Part shown: positions 15,430-25,097 of the stretch, one piece after another
How positions within the stretch are numbered: position 1 is the first letter of the stretch
Layout of the letters: each line of letters begins with the position of its first letter
From: Spirochaetota bacterium
GTDB lineage: Bacteria; Spirochaetota; UBA4802; UBA5368
Reading direction: 5' to 3'
DNA length: 64,000 bases
NCBI GenBank assembly: GCA_035477215.1
Contig: DATIKU010000036.1
Location: 3,265 to 67,264 of the forward strand
Notes under the pieces: model-generated
Databases searched by the model: none
Seen by the model: the letters and a program-made list of their open reading frames with translations, nothing else
Told to the model about the DNA's origin: nothing
Program-made: the position numbers and the translations under genes

Positions 15430-17220
15430 ATGAATTCGTCGCGTTCGCGCATCCTCAAAATAACCATTCCTGTCGTCATCACGCTCGCACTGTGCGCCGT
15501 TCTGGTATGGTGCATGCAATGGCGCATCATCGCCTGGTATCTGGGCCTGCCGGCCCCCGGACATTCCGTAACCGTGCGGAAGGACGTTATGGTGCCGATG
15601 CGCGACGGTGTACGACTGTCGGCCGACATCTACCGCCCCTCGAAAGAGGGAAAGTACCCGGTGATAGTGCTGCGCACCATGTACGGCAAGCGCAACCCGG
15701 GCCACAAATACTCGTTCACCGCGAGCCTCTTCGCCTCCCAGGGCTACGTGTTCATCGTTCAGGATGTGCGCGGCAAGTTCGACTCCGAGGGTGAATTCTA
15801 CCCCTATATCTCCGAGGCGAAGGACGGGCACGACACCATCGAGTGGGCGGGTTCGCGGGAATGGAGCACCGGGAAGGTCGGCGCCTACGGCTTCTCCTAC
15901 TGGGGCTCCACGCAGTGGCTTCCGGCCCCCCTTCGAAGCGCATACCTGAGGGCCATGGTCCCCATTGTGACGAGCCAGGACGTCTACCCGCGCTGGATCT
16001 ACAACGGCATCTTCAGGCTTAACGACGTGCTGGTGTGGCACTACGAGAACGCCCCGAAACGCGCACAGAACGCCGAGGGCGTGGACTGGGACAGGGCCGT
16101 GCGCACCCTCCCGCTTTCAAAGGCCGATGACTCGCTCGGGGCCGACATCCCGGCGTACAACGACTGGATAGCCCATCCGCGCCCCGGCCCCTACTGGGAC
16201 CGCGTGCGCGTGGACGACAAGGTGGCCGACATTCAGGCGCCGGCCCTCATCATCGACGGATGGTACGACTACTATCTGAACCTTGCGATCGATGACTTCA
16301 GGCGCATGAAGGCCGCGGGCGGCAGCGACGAGGCCCGCCGGAGCGTGCTGCTGGTGGGGCCATGGACGCACGCCTCGAAATCGAAGTTCGCGGACGCCGA
16401 CTTCGGCAAGCAGGCCTCGTTCATGAAGCAGGTGCGCGTGATACTCGCATGGTTCGACTACTGGCTGAAGGGCGAGAAAAACGGCATCCTCGACGACGGG
16501 CCCGTGCGCTTCTTCACAATGGGCGCGAACGAGTGGCGCACCGCGAACGAATGGCCGCCGGCCGGAACGCGGTACACGCCGTACTACCTTAAGAGCGACG
16601 GCGGGGCCAACTCGGCGAAGGGCGACGGTGTTCTCTCCGAAACGGCCCCCGCGGCCGGAAAGCCCGACTCGTACATCGCCGACCCGGAAAACCCCGTGCC
16701 GAGCGTCGGCGGGACCTCCATCTTCGGGAAGCTCAAGGCCGGCCCCTTCGACCAGCGCGAGGTCGAGTCGAGGGACGACGTGCTCGTCTACACCTCCGCG
16801 CCGCTCGAATCTGATATCGAGGTCACCGGACCGGTGAGGCTTGTGCTCTACGCCTCCTCGTCGGCGCGTGACACCGACTTCGCCGTCAAGCTCGCACAGG
16901 TGCGTCCGGACGGCACCTCGGTGAATATCCAGTCCGCGGTGTATCGCGCGAGCAACCGGGAGTCGCTGCTCAGGCCCGCGCCACTCGAGAAGGACAGGGT
17001 TTATAGATTCGAGATCCAGGTTGGCAACACCAGCATGCTCTTCAAGAAGGGGCACCGCATACGCCTGCAGATAGCCGGTTCGAACTTCCCCGAATACGGG
17101 CGCAATCTGCAGACCGGCGAGGACAACGGCACGACCGCCGCGACTGTTAAGGCGCGCCAGAGCGTGTTCCACGACCGGGAACGCCCGTCGCACCTCATCC
17201 TGCCCGTCATGCGGCGATAG
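15430..17220 (+). CDS. CocE/NonD-family hydrolase (S15 X-Pro dipeptidyl-peptidase-like), N-terminal membrane anchor
   Basis: 596 aa from ATG 15430 (AAGGAGG upstream). MVPMRDGVRLSADIYRP...YPVIVLRTMYGK, GYVFIVQDVRGKFDSEG, KVGAYGFSYWG (nucleophile elbow) and the C-terminal jelly-roll RIRLQIAGSNFP are typical of the family. Confidence 0.8.
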   Translation: MNSSRSRILKITIPVVITLALCAVLVWCMQWRIIAWYLGLPAPGHSVTVRKDVMVPMRDGVRLSADIYRPSKEGKYPVIVLRTMYGKRNPGHKYSFTASLFASQGYVFIVQDVRGKFDSEGEFYPYISEAKDGHDTIEWAGSREWSTGKVGAYGFSYWGSTQWLPAPLRSAYLRAMVPIVTSQDVYPRWIYNGIFRLNDVLVWHYENAPKRAQNAEGVDWDRAVRTLPLSKADDSLGADIPAYNDWIAHPRPGPYWDRVRVDDKVADIQAPALIIDGWYDYYLNLAIDDFRRMKAAGGSDEARRSVLLVGPWTHASKSKFADADFGKQASFMKQVRVILAWFDYWLKGEKNGILDDGPVRFFTMGANEWRTANEWPPAGTRYTPYYLKSDGGANSAKGDGVLSETAPAAGKPDSYIADPENPVPSVGGTSIFGKLKAGPFDQREVESRDDVLVYTSAPLESDIEVTGPVRLVLYASSSARDTDFAVKLAQVRPDGTSVNIQSAVYRASNRESLLRPAPLEKDRVYRFEIQVGNTSMLFKKGHRIRLQIAGSNFPEYGRNLQTGEDNGTTAATVKARQSVFHDRERPSHLILPVMRR

Positions 17221-17232
17221 CCATATACGCGC

Positions 17233-17257
17233 GGGGAAGGCCCCGTCGGCCTTCCCC
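17233..17257. terminator. Hairpin GGGGAAGGCC-CCGTC-GGCCTTCCCC between convergent genes
   Basis: Perfect 10-bp stem in the 68-bp gap between the stops at 17220 (+) and 17289 (-). Confidence 0.45.
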
Positions 17258-17288
17258 GTGTCCGCCTGCCGCGCGCGGCGCCCCGGGC

Positions 17289-18803
17289 TCAGATATCCAG
17301 CAGGTTCTTCGTCGAGAAATTCGGTTCGGACGTGCAGTTGATCCCGAGCTTACGCAGTCCCGCGTCGTCGCCGGGCGAGGGGATGTGCGTCATGTGCATC
17401 TCGCATCCCTTAAGGTCAATGAGCTTCTCCATGGCGATGAGCGCCGTGGGATTTGCCTCGGCGCTTATGCACAACGCGATGAGCGTTTCCTCGAGGTCGA
17501 GGCTTAAGGTCCTCGAACCGAGGATATTGCCCTTGAGGCGCATGATCGAATCGATGATGTGCGGCGAGAGAAGATGGATGCGGTCCGGTATGCCGGCGAG
17601 CTTTTTCACCGCGTTGAGGACCAGGCTCGGCGCGGCGTGCAACAGCGGCGAGTTCTTGCCCGCGACGATCGAGCCGTCGTGAAGCTCGACCGCGGCGCCG
17701 CAGAAGATCCCCTCGTTCCCCTTGCCCGTCTCCTTCGCCTCGAGGGCGGCCTTCCTTGCGGGGATAAACACCGGGCGGCTCTCGGGCGCAATCTCGAGCT
17801 CCTTCATGAGGAGCTCGACCCGCTGCACGGTTTCGCGCTCCACGAAACCCATAACGTACTCGCACGAGTAGCGGAAGTAGCGCCGTATGATCTCCTGGCG
17901 CGCCGCCTCGCGCACCACCTCGTCGTCGGTAATGCCGAATCCCGCCCGGTTGACCCCCATGTCGGTCGGCGATTTATACGCGGTCTTCGAGCCGCCAATC
18001 TTCTCGAGTATGCGCCGAAGCACCGGGAAGGATTCGACGTCGCGGTTGTAGTTGATGGCGATCTCGCCGTACGCCTCGAGGTGAAACGGATCGATGAGGT
18101 TGTAATCGGCGATGTCGGCGGTGGCCGCCTCGTAGGCCAGGTTGACCGGGTGCTTGAGCGGGATGTTCCAGATGGGAAAGGTCTCGAACTTCGCGTAGCC
18201 GCTGCTTTTGCCGCGTTTGTGATCGTGGTACACCTGCGAGAGGCAGGTCGCCATCTTGCCGCTCCCGGGGCCCGGGCCGGTCACCACAACGAGCGGGCTT
18301 TTTGTCTCTATATACTCGTTCGCGCCGTAGCCCTTGTCGCTCACCACCAGGTCCACGTCGGTGGGATAGCCGCGCGTGAAGCGGTGCGTGTACACCCGGA
18401 CGTTCTGCCGCTCCAGCTTCTTTTTGAATATGGCCGCCGAGGGCTGTTCCTCGTAGCGGGTAATCACCACCGCGCAGATGTCGATGCCATAATCCTTGAG
18501 GTCGTCGATGAGCTTGAGGGCGTCGGCGTCGTAGGTGATGCCGAAGTCGGCCCGCACCTTTTTGCGCTCGATGTCGCCGGCGTAGATGCACAGGATGATA
18601 TCGGCGCGGTCACTGAGCTGCTGCAAGAGGCGCATCTTGACGTTCGGATCGAAACCCGGAAGCACCCGCGCGGCGTGATAATCGAACAACAGCTTCCCCC
18701 CGAATTCGAGGTAGAGCTTGTTGTTGAAAGCGCTCACCCGTTCGAGGATGGCTTCTTTCTGCTCCCCGAGATATCTTTCATTGTCGAATCCGGTCTTTCT
18801 CAT
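17289..18803 (-). CDS. DUF1846 / UPF0371 family protein
   Basis: 504 aa. MRKTGFDNERYLGEQKEAILERV...KLYLEFGGKLLFDYHAARVLPGFDPNVKMRLL is the characteristic N-terminus of the UPF0371 family. Confidence 0.8.
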   Translation of the reverse strand: MRKTGFDNERYLGEQKEAILERVSAFNNKLYLEFGGKLLFDYHAARVLPGFDPNVKMRLLQQLSDRADIILCIYAGDIERKKVRADFGITYDADALKLIDDLKDYGIDICAVVITRYEEQPSAAIFKKKLERQNVRVYTHRFTRGYPTDVDLVVSDKGYGANEYIETKSPLVVVTGPGPGSGKMATCLSQVYHDHKRGKSSGYAKFETFPIWNIPLKHPVNLAYEAATADIADYNLIDPFHLEAYGEIAINYNRDVESFPVLRRILEKIGGSKTAYKSPTDMGVNRAGFGITDDEVVREAARQEIIRRYFRYSCEYVMGFVERETVQRVELLMKELEIAPESRPVFIPARKAALEAKETGKGNEGIFCGAAVELHDGSIVAGKNSPLLHAAPSLVLNAVKKLAGIPDRIHLLSPHIIDSIMRLKGNILGSRTLSLDLEETLIALCISAEANPTALIAMEKLIDLKGCEMHMTHIPSPGDDAGLRKLGINCTSEPNFSTKNLLDI

Positions 18804-19300
18804 GGTCCCTGTCGGTGATTGGATTTTCGTTCTCTGCGGGCCCGGCGCTCACGGAACGCCATACTGTACACACGGGGCTTCCGGTTTCAAGAAAATAATC
18901 GAACCAGGCACGGGCGCGCAAACGTTTGCGCGCCTGCGCCGCCGACCACAACCTGTCCCTGGCCATCATCCGGGGCGAACTCCTTTATCGTAACGACCCC
19001 GGCGAACAGGCCTAACTCGAACTGTACGTTCTCCGCCGCGCCGGCGACCCGGCGCACTATTGGCGGGAACGGCGGCGCATACTGCCGGAGGTGCGATAGA
19101 TGGCGCCGTCGCGACTTCATGAATCGGTTATTGCCGGAAGGGTACGGTGGGTCAGAGAAATGATCCAGTGGATTCGCACCCGGCATGACCGGTAAATGTG
19201 TTGCGCTGCGCCTGTCATGCGGTCTATAGTTGCGACGGCCGCGGGGCGGTCGCGCCGCACCCCTCCCGCGTCGATACCCAGATCACTCCCGGGGGGAAGC

Positions 19301-20617
19301 ATGCGACAACTCCGATTCGGCACAAAACTCTCCTACGCCATGGGAGGCATGGCGCTCAACCTCGCCAACCTTGTAATCTCGCAGTGGCTCATGAAACTCT
19401 ACGTGCCCTCGCGCGATTCGGCCCTGGTGGCCGGGGCGCTCTTCGCTGGGATATTCTTCTCCGGACGCCTCATGGACGGCATCATCGATCCGGTGGCCGG
19501 TTTCGTGAGCGATCACTTCAAGTCGAAGCGCGGGCGGCGCATCCCCTTCATCGCCGCCATGACGATTCCCGCGGCGCTGGTGAGTTTTCTCCTCTGGGTG
19601 CCGCCCTACCCGGATGGGTCACACTGGCTCAATGCCGTGTACCTCTTCGTGATGGTTCAGCTCTTCTTCATCTGCTGGACCTTCCTGGCCAATCCCTACA
19701 TGGCACTGCTCCCCGAGATCACCTCCGACCTCGACGAGCGCGTGAACATCACCACCATGCAGGCGGTCTTCCTGATGATCGGCACCTTCATCTTCGGCGC
19801 GATGGGCGCGATCAAGGACGAACTCGGATGGATCGGCATCGGCGCGGTCACCGGGGCGCTCACCCTTGTCTCGTTTTTCCCGACGGTTTTCACGATAAAG
19901 GAGAAATCCTCGATCGGACGCATCGCGAAGGAGCGCTTCCGGTTCACCACGATCATGGACTGGACACGGACCACGTTTAAAAACAGGTCCTTCGTTATTC
20001 TGGTCGCCGCGACATCGTCACTGTGGTTCGCGCTCAACATGGTGATCCTGGTGGTGCCCTTCTGGGTGCAGTACGCCCTCGACATGACCGACCGCGAAGT
20101 GGTGCTACTCATGGCGCCGTTATTGGTCGTCAATATCGTATTCTTTTTCGTATTCAATTATATCGCCAAACGCCTCGGCAAATTCACCGCATTCGTCGCG
20201 ACGCTCGCCAGCGCCGCGGTCACCATGCCGCTTCTCGGCCTCTCGGGTTACCTTCCCTTCGGGGACATGATGCTCCAGTCGCAGATCGCGATGGCGCTGG
20301 TGGGCATTCCCGTTTCGGGAATCATGGTGCTGCCGCCGGCGCTCCTGGCGGACGTTATCGATCACGACGAGACACTCACCGGCAAGCGGCGGGAGGGCAT
20401 CTACTTCGGCGTGCAGGCGATTTTCCAGAAGATCGCCATAGGGCTCTCGATCGCCGTGGCGACCGCGCTCATGTACGGCGGGGGTTCGGAAACCGCGTCG
20501 GTATGGGGCCTGCGGATGATCTCGGTGAGTGCCGGGGCCGCCGCGCTCGTTTCGCTTGCGTTTTTCACACGCTACCCCATCCGCGAAAAGGACGGGAAGG
20601 CTTTCGTCAGGAACTGA
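19301..20617 (+). CDS. MFS transporter, glycoside-pentoside-hexuronide (GPH) cation symporter-like
   Basis: 438 aa from ATG 19301. KLSYAMGGMALNLANLVISQWLMKLY, FFSGRLMDGIIDPVAGFVSDH..SKRGRRIPF (the GPH signature D-x-x-x-G...S-D) and multiple TM segments. Confidence 0.75.
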   Translation: MRQLRFGTKLSYAMGGMALNLANLVISQWLMKLYVPSRDSALVAGALFAGIFFSGRLMDGIIDPVAGFVSDHFKSKRGRRIPFIAAMTIPAALVSFLLWVPPYPDGSHWLNAVYLFVMVQLFFICWTFLANPYMALLPEITSDLDERVNITTMQAVFLMIGTFIFGAMGAIKDELGWIGIGAVTGALTLVSFFPTVFTIKEKSSIGRIAKERFRFTTIMDWTRTTFKNRSFVILVAATSSLWFALNMVILVVPFWVQYALDMTDREVVLLMAPLLVVNIVFFFVFNYIAKRLGKFTAFVATLASAAVTMPLLGLSGYLPFGDMMLQSQIAMALVGIPVSGIMVLPPALLADVIDHDETLTGKRREGIYFGVQAIFQKIAIGLSIAVATALMYGGGSETASVWGLRMISVSAGAAALVSLAFFTRYPIREKDGKAFVRN

Positions 20618-22073
20618 CCGGCCCGGCATGGCCGCAGAGTATCGCGTCGATCTCGCTTTCTTCGGGAAGGCGGTTGTTGTGCGCGATGAATCGGTAGAGG
20701 CGCGCGGATGCGGTCTCGACGCGTTCCATGGTCTCCCTGTTCACGCGGTACAGGCCGAACTTCGGGCCGAAGCCCTTCGCCCACTCCCAGTTGTCCGTTA
20801 TGCTCCAGTGCGTGAAACCCGTTATGGGACATCCCTCGCCTATGAGCCGGTGCACCCAGGCCAGATGCTCGAGGATGAAGCGCGGCCTGCGGTCGTCAGC
20901 CGCGTCGGCGAGGCCCGACTCGGCGATGAAAAGCGGCACGCCGGGGTAACGGCCCTCGAGCTTTTTGCACAGGCGGTAGATCCCCTCGGGATAGATCTCC
21001 CAGCCCATGTCGGTGGTGCGCGACGATGCGCAGGTTTTGCGCCCGATGAAGCCGGGTTTCAGGGGATTGAACGAGAGGATCTCGCGCGTGTAGTAGTTCA
21101 CGCCGATCCAGTCGAGCGTGCCGCGGATCGAGTCGTCGTGCTCCCGTACCGTGGGGCCCATGAGAACCCTTAGCTCGATGGTCCCGGTGTACAGCGCGTC
21201 GAGCAGGTTCTCGTTGAAGATGCGGTCCATCTGCCGCGTGATGACGCGGTCGAGCAGGAAGCCCTTGGGCTCGTAATGAAAGAAAAAGTATATCTGGCCG
21301 ACACGCGGAGCCGACGCCCCACCGGGCGGTGCGGCGTGTTTTTTTATGAGGTGATACGCCCGTGCGTGCGCGTGAATGAGCGTGCGGTAGACAGAGAGGG
21401 CCCGCTTTATATCCTTCTGATTCGGCGGGATTTCGCCCACGGCGTACCCGGCGAGCGCATAGATCTGCGCGTCGATCATGGTGCTCCAGTAATCGACGCG
21501 GCCGCCGAACCTCGTCGCGCATTGGCGCACCAGGGCCTCCCAGCGCCCCATCACCTGCGCGCTTTCCCATCCGCCCTCGTCCGCCGCCCAAAGGGGGAGC
21601 GTGAAATGCCATAGATTAAGGAAGACTGTAAAGCCGCGCCGTCGCATGGCGTCGATCATCGCGTCGTAACGCCTGAAGGCCTCTTCATCGTAGCGGCCCT
21701 TCTCCGGCTCCAGCCGGCTCCATTCGATGCCGATGCGGTGGGCGTTCTGCCCGTCGCGCGCGGCGAGGTCGAAGTCGGACTCGTAGCGGTTGTAGAAATC
21801 GGCAGCGATGCCGCAGCGGTCGCCGTTTTCAATGGGCGACGGCTCCTGCGCCTCCCAGCGCGCCCAATCGTTGGCCAGGTTCCCCCCCTCGTGCTGATAG
21901 GCGTCCTCGCCGGTGGCCCAGAGAAAGCCCCCGGGGAAACGCTGGCCGGAGATGGATACCGGATCCGATGGACGCGGACGGCGAATGATGCCGTACAACA
22001 CGGTCACCGCGAGCGACACGGCAAACGCATACAGCATAACGAGCACGGCCATGATGATCCCCCTGCGCCGCAT
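20607..22073 (-). CDS. Glycoside hydrolase family 1 (beta-glucosidase-like) with N-terminal TM anchor
   Basis: 488 aa. FLWATGEDAYQHEGG, HRIGIEWSRLEP, TVFLNLWHFTLPLW, LFIAESGLAD, THWSITDNWEWAKGF are GH1-like blocks. 11-nt convergent overlap with the GPH gene. Confidence 0.75.
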   Translation of the reverse strand: MRRRGIIMAVLVMLYAFAVSLAVTVLYGIIRRPRPSDPVSISGQRFPGGFLWATGEDAYQHEGGNLANDWARWEAQEPSPIENGDRCGIAADFYNRYESDFDLAARDGQNAHRIGIEWSRLEPEKGRYDEEAFRRYDAMIDAMRRRGFTVFLNLWHFTLPLWAADEGGWESAQVMGRWEALVRQCATRFGGRVDYWSTMIDAQIYALAGYAVGEIPPNQKDIKRALSVYRTLIHAHARAYHLIKKHAAPPGGASAPRVGQIYFFFHYEPKGFLLDRVITRQMDRIFNENLLDALYTGTIELRVLMGPTVREHDDSIRGTLDWIGVNYYTREILSFNPLKPGFIGRKTCASSRTTDMGWEIYPEGIYRLCKKLEGRYPGVPLFIAESGLADAADDRRPRFILEHLAWVHRLIGEGCPITGFTHWSITDNWEWAKGFGPKFGLYRVNRETMERVETASARLYRFIAHNNRLPEESEIDAILCGHAGPVSS

Positions 22074-22152
22074 CCGGCGTGTTACGGACCCGGGCGGCGA
22101 AAGAGTATCACACAGTGAAGCAATGTAAAGAAGAATACCCGGTGCGCCCCAC

Positions 22153-24114
22153 TTATTCGTACCGCAGCGCCTCGATGGGATTCAAGCGCGAGGCCTGGAC
22201 CGCCGGCCAGAAGCCGAAGGCGATTCCGATGATGATCGAGACCGCCGTGGATAGCACGATTGAAAATATCGAAATCTTCACCGACCACCCCGCGAAGACA
22301 GTAATGAAAATGGTGATGCCCGTGCCGAGTAAAATGCCCGCCAGACCGCCGGTGACCGTGAGCATCCCCGACTCGATGAGAAACTGAAGCCGGATGTCCT
22401 TTCTGCGTGCGCCGATCGCCTTGCGAAGGCCGATCTCCTTCACGCGTTCCTTGACCGAGACAAGCATGATGTTCATGATTCCGATCCCGCCCACGAGGAG
22501 AGAGATCGCGGCGACGATCCCCAGGAGGAGGCTCATCGTGCGCGTGGTGCTTGAAAGCGCCTCGCGGATCTCCGAGAGGTCCATTATTTCAAACGACTCT
22601 TCATTGTCCGGGGCGAGCCGGTAGCGTTTGTTCAACAAAAGCCTTGCCGATTTTTTCGCCTCATCGATACGCTCCTGGCTGGCCGCCTGGATATCGATGG
22701 TGTCGACGTAGGTCTTGCCCAGCAGCCGGTACATCGCGGTGGTCACGGGCACCACCACCACGTCGTCCTGGTCGCTTCGAAACGACATGCCCTTGGCCGG
22801 CAGTACGCCGATCACCGTGAAATTGATGCGGTTGATCTTGATGCTCCGTCCCACCGGCGATGTGGCGCCGAATAATTCACGCACAACGGTCGCGCCCGCC
22901 AGGGCCACCTTGCTCCGCATGCGAAATTCCTCCGGTGTGAAAAAACGCCCGGTCACTGGTGTCGCCGAGCGTATCGACGCATAACTCGGCCCGACACCTT
23001 CGACGAGGGAATTCCAGTTTTTATTACCGTGTACCAACTGCACGCGCGAGCGTACGGAAGGGGAAACTGCCGATACCGCGGCAATGCGGGAAAGCCCCTC
23101 GGCGTCGCCAAGCGTGAGCCGGGTGATCGCTCCCGTCTGCACCGCCACCCCGCCCGCGCGCCGTGCGCCCGGCATTACGGTCAGAACGTTCGTTCCAAGC
23201 GAGCTCAACCGCTCGGAAATAGACGCCTTTGCCCCTTCGCCCAGCGCCATCATGGATATCACCGCCGCCACGCCGATCAGAATGCCCGTAATGGAAAGGA
23301 GCGAGCGCAGCTTGTGGGTCAGTATCGATCCCAGCGCCTGGCGGAAGTAGTCCGCATACTGGGCCCTGTCGACGCCCGATCGACCGCTTTCGAACGCCCG
23401 CTCCCGCAAAGCCGGGGGGGCCGGGGCCTGCGCACGGCCGCGCGGTTTACTTCGCTCATCCGAGACCACTACGCCGTCCCTCATGCGGATGATGCGCCGG
23501 GCGTGCGCGGCAACCTCGTTCTCGTGGGTGACCATGACGATCGTCTTCCCCCGGAGGTTCTGCTCCTGGAGAATCGCCATGATCTCCTTCGCGCTCTTCG
23601 TGTCGAGGTTGCCAGTCGGCTCGTCGGCGAATATCACGCGCGGGTCGTTAACGAGCGATCGCGCGATCGCCACACGCTGCTGCTCGCCGCCCGATAGTTC
23701 GCCCGGCCGGTGCTCGACCCGCCCTCCCAGGCCGACGTCTTCAAGGCGCGCACGCGCGGCGGCGCGAAGCTCCCTCTTTCCCGCATATATGAGCGGCAGC
23801 TCCGCGTTCTGGAGCGCGGAAAGGCGCGGAAGCAGGTGAAACTGCTGAAACACAAAGCCGGCGACGTGGTTGCGGAGCGTCGACAGGCTGTCGTCATCGA
23901 GACGGCTGATATCGCGCCCGAAGAGCAGATAGCTTCCGCGGTCGGGTTTATCGAGAAAGCCGAGGATATTGAGCAGGGTCGACTTGCCGGAACCTGAGGG
24001 TCCCATGATGGCCACGAATTCGCCCTCTTCTATCCGCAGGCTCACGTTATCGAGGGCGGCGACGCTGACCTTCCCGGTTTCGTACAACCGCGATATGTTT
24101 TTCAGCTCTATCAT
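22153..24114 (-). CDS. macB: MacB-type ABC transporter, fused ATPase plus FtsX-like permease
   Basis: 653 aa. Walker A GPSGSGKST, signature LSGGEQQRVAIARS, Walker B VIFADEPT, then 4 TM with a large periplasmic loop and a C-terminal FtsX-type domain. Confidence 0.85.
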   Translation of the reverse strand: MIELKNISRLYETGKVSVAALDNVSLRIEEGEFVAIMGPSGSGKSTLLNILGFLDKPDRGSYLLFGRDISRLDDDSLSTLRNHVAGFVFQQFHLLPRLSALQNAELPLIYAGKRELRAAARARLEDVGLGGRVEHRPGELSGGEQQRVAIARSLVNDPRVIFADEPTGNLDTKSAKEIMAILQEQNLRGKTIVMVTHENEVAAHARRIIRMRDGVVVSDERSKPRGRAQAPAPPALRERAFESGRSGVDRAQYADYFRQALGSILTHKLRSLLSITGILIGVAAVISMMALGEGAKASISERLSSLGTNVLTVMPGARRAGGVAVQTGAITRLTLGDAEGLSRIAAVSAVSPSVRSRVQLVHGNKNWNSLVEGVGPSYASIRSATPVTGRFFTPEEFRMRSKVALAGATVVRELFGATSPVGRSIKINRINFTVIGVLPAKGMSFRSDQDDVVVVPVTTAMYRLLGKTYVDTIDIQAASQERIDEAKKSARLLLNKRYRLAPDNEESFEIMDLSEIREALSSTTRTMSLLLGIVAAISLLVGGIGIMNIMLVSVKERVKEIGLRKAIGARRKDIRLQFLIESGMLTVTGGLAGILLGTGITIFITVFAGWSVKISIFSIVLSTAVSIIIGIAFGFWPAVQASRLNPIEALRYE

Positions 24115-24122
24115 TCCGGCGC

Positions 24123-25097
24123 CTAATTCCTTTTTCTGCCGGGAGGCGTCGGCATGAAAGGGTTTTTCTTATTGGTGCCGGTCGCGGAGCGGACCTCGGC
24201 ATTCCCGTCGGCCACAAGAACCTTCTCTCCTTCATTCAGCCCGGACAGTATCTCGATGCGCGACTCGTCGGATATGCCGATCTTCACCTCGCGCAACTCG
24301 GGCGGCGCTTTTTCCCCCCTGCCGACGCGTATGTAATTGGTCCGCCCCTCCATGAGGACTGCCTCGATCGGCAGAAGGAGCGCGTTTCCCCGCGCCGACT
24401 GGATGATATTGATGGTTGCGCTCATGCCCGACCTGAAAACCTCGGGCACCCTGTTCGGGATGATCTGCACCTTATACATTGTCACGTTGTTGGTGACGGT
24501 CGACTCGTATGATATGTGCCGAACCCTGCCGTTTACCTCGACCCCGGGATACGAATCCAGGCTCAACTCCGCCGTCATGCCGATCTTTACGTTGCCGATG
24601 TCCGTTTCGTCGACATTGGCCGTGACGATCAACCGGTCGGCCAGCACCAGCACCGCAGTGGTGGTGCTCACCGTCTGCCCCGGCTCGACGTCGCGGACGA
24701 TCACCATGCCCGTTATGGGGGCGACAATCGGCGAAGGCTTGTAGGCGCTTTCCCAGTATTTCAGTTCGGCATCACCCTGCATGCGTGCCGCGTCGATAAG
24801 GGCCGCGCGCTCATTGGAGCTCATCCAGGCCAGGAGCTGCCCCTTTCGGACCGTCTGCCCCTCGACCACCAGGACGCTTTCGATCCTCCCTGCGATGGTC
24901 GGCTTTATCTCCAGGCGGTTGCGCGGCTCCACCGTCCCCGTCGTGCTGATGTATTTCCTGATCAATCCCCTTTCGGGGAGCACGGTGCGACTGGCCACGG
25001 CCTGTTCCTTCGAACACGCGAGTCCCGCGAGCGAGACGGCAAGCGCGAACGCGGCGGCACGGATGACCTGTTTCTGCACGTTAGATTTCATTTTCAA
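24123..25097 (-). CDS. macA: Periplasmic adaptor (HlyD/MacA-type membrane fusion protein), lipoprotein-like signal
   Basis: 324 aa. Signal LAVSLAGLACS. Biotinyl-lipoyl-like GRIESVLVVEGQTVRKGQLLAWM ... APITGMVIVRDVEPGQTV hairpin architecture. Confidence 0.8.
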   Translation of the reverse strand: MKMKSNVQKQVIRAAAFALAVSLAGLACSKEQAVASRTVLPERGLIRKYISTTGTVEPRNRLEIKPTIAGRIESVLVVEGQTVRKGQLLAWMSSNERAALIDAARMQGDAELKYWESAYKPSPIVAPITGMVIVRDVEPGQTVSTTTAVLVLADRLIVTANVDETDIGNVKIGMTAELSLDSYPGVEVNGRVRHISYESTVTNNVTMYKVQIIPNRVPEVFRSGMSATINIIQSARGNALLLPIEAVLMEGRTNYIRVGRGEKAPPELREVKIGISDESRIEILSGLNEGEKVLVADGNAEVRSATGTNKKNPFMPTPPGRKRN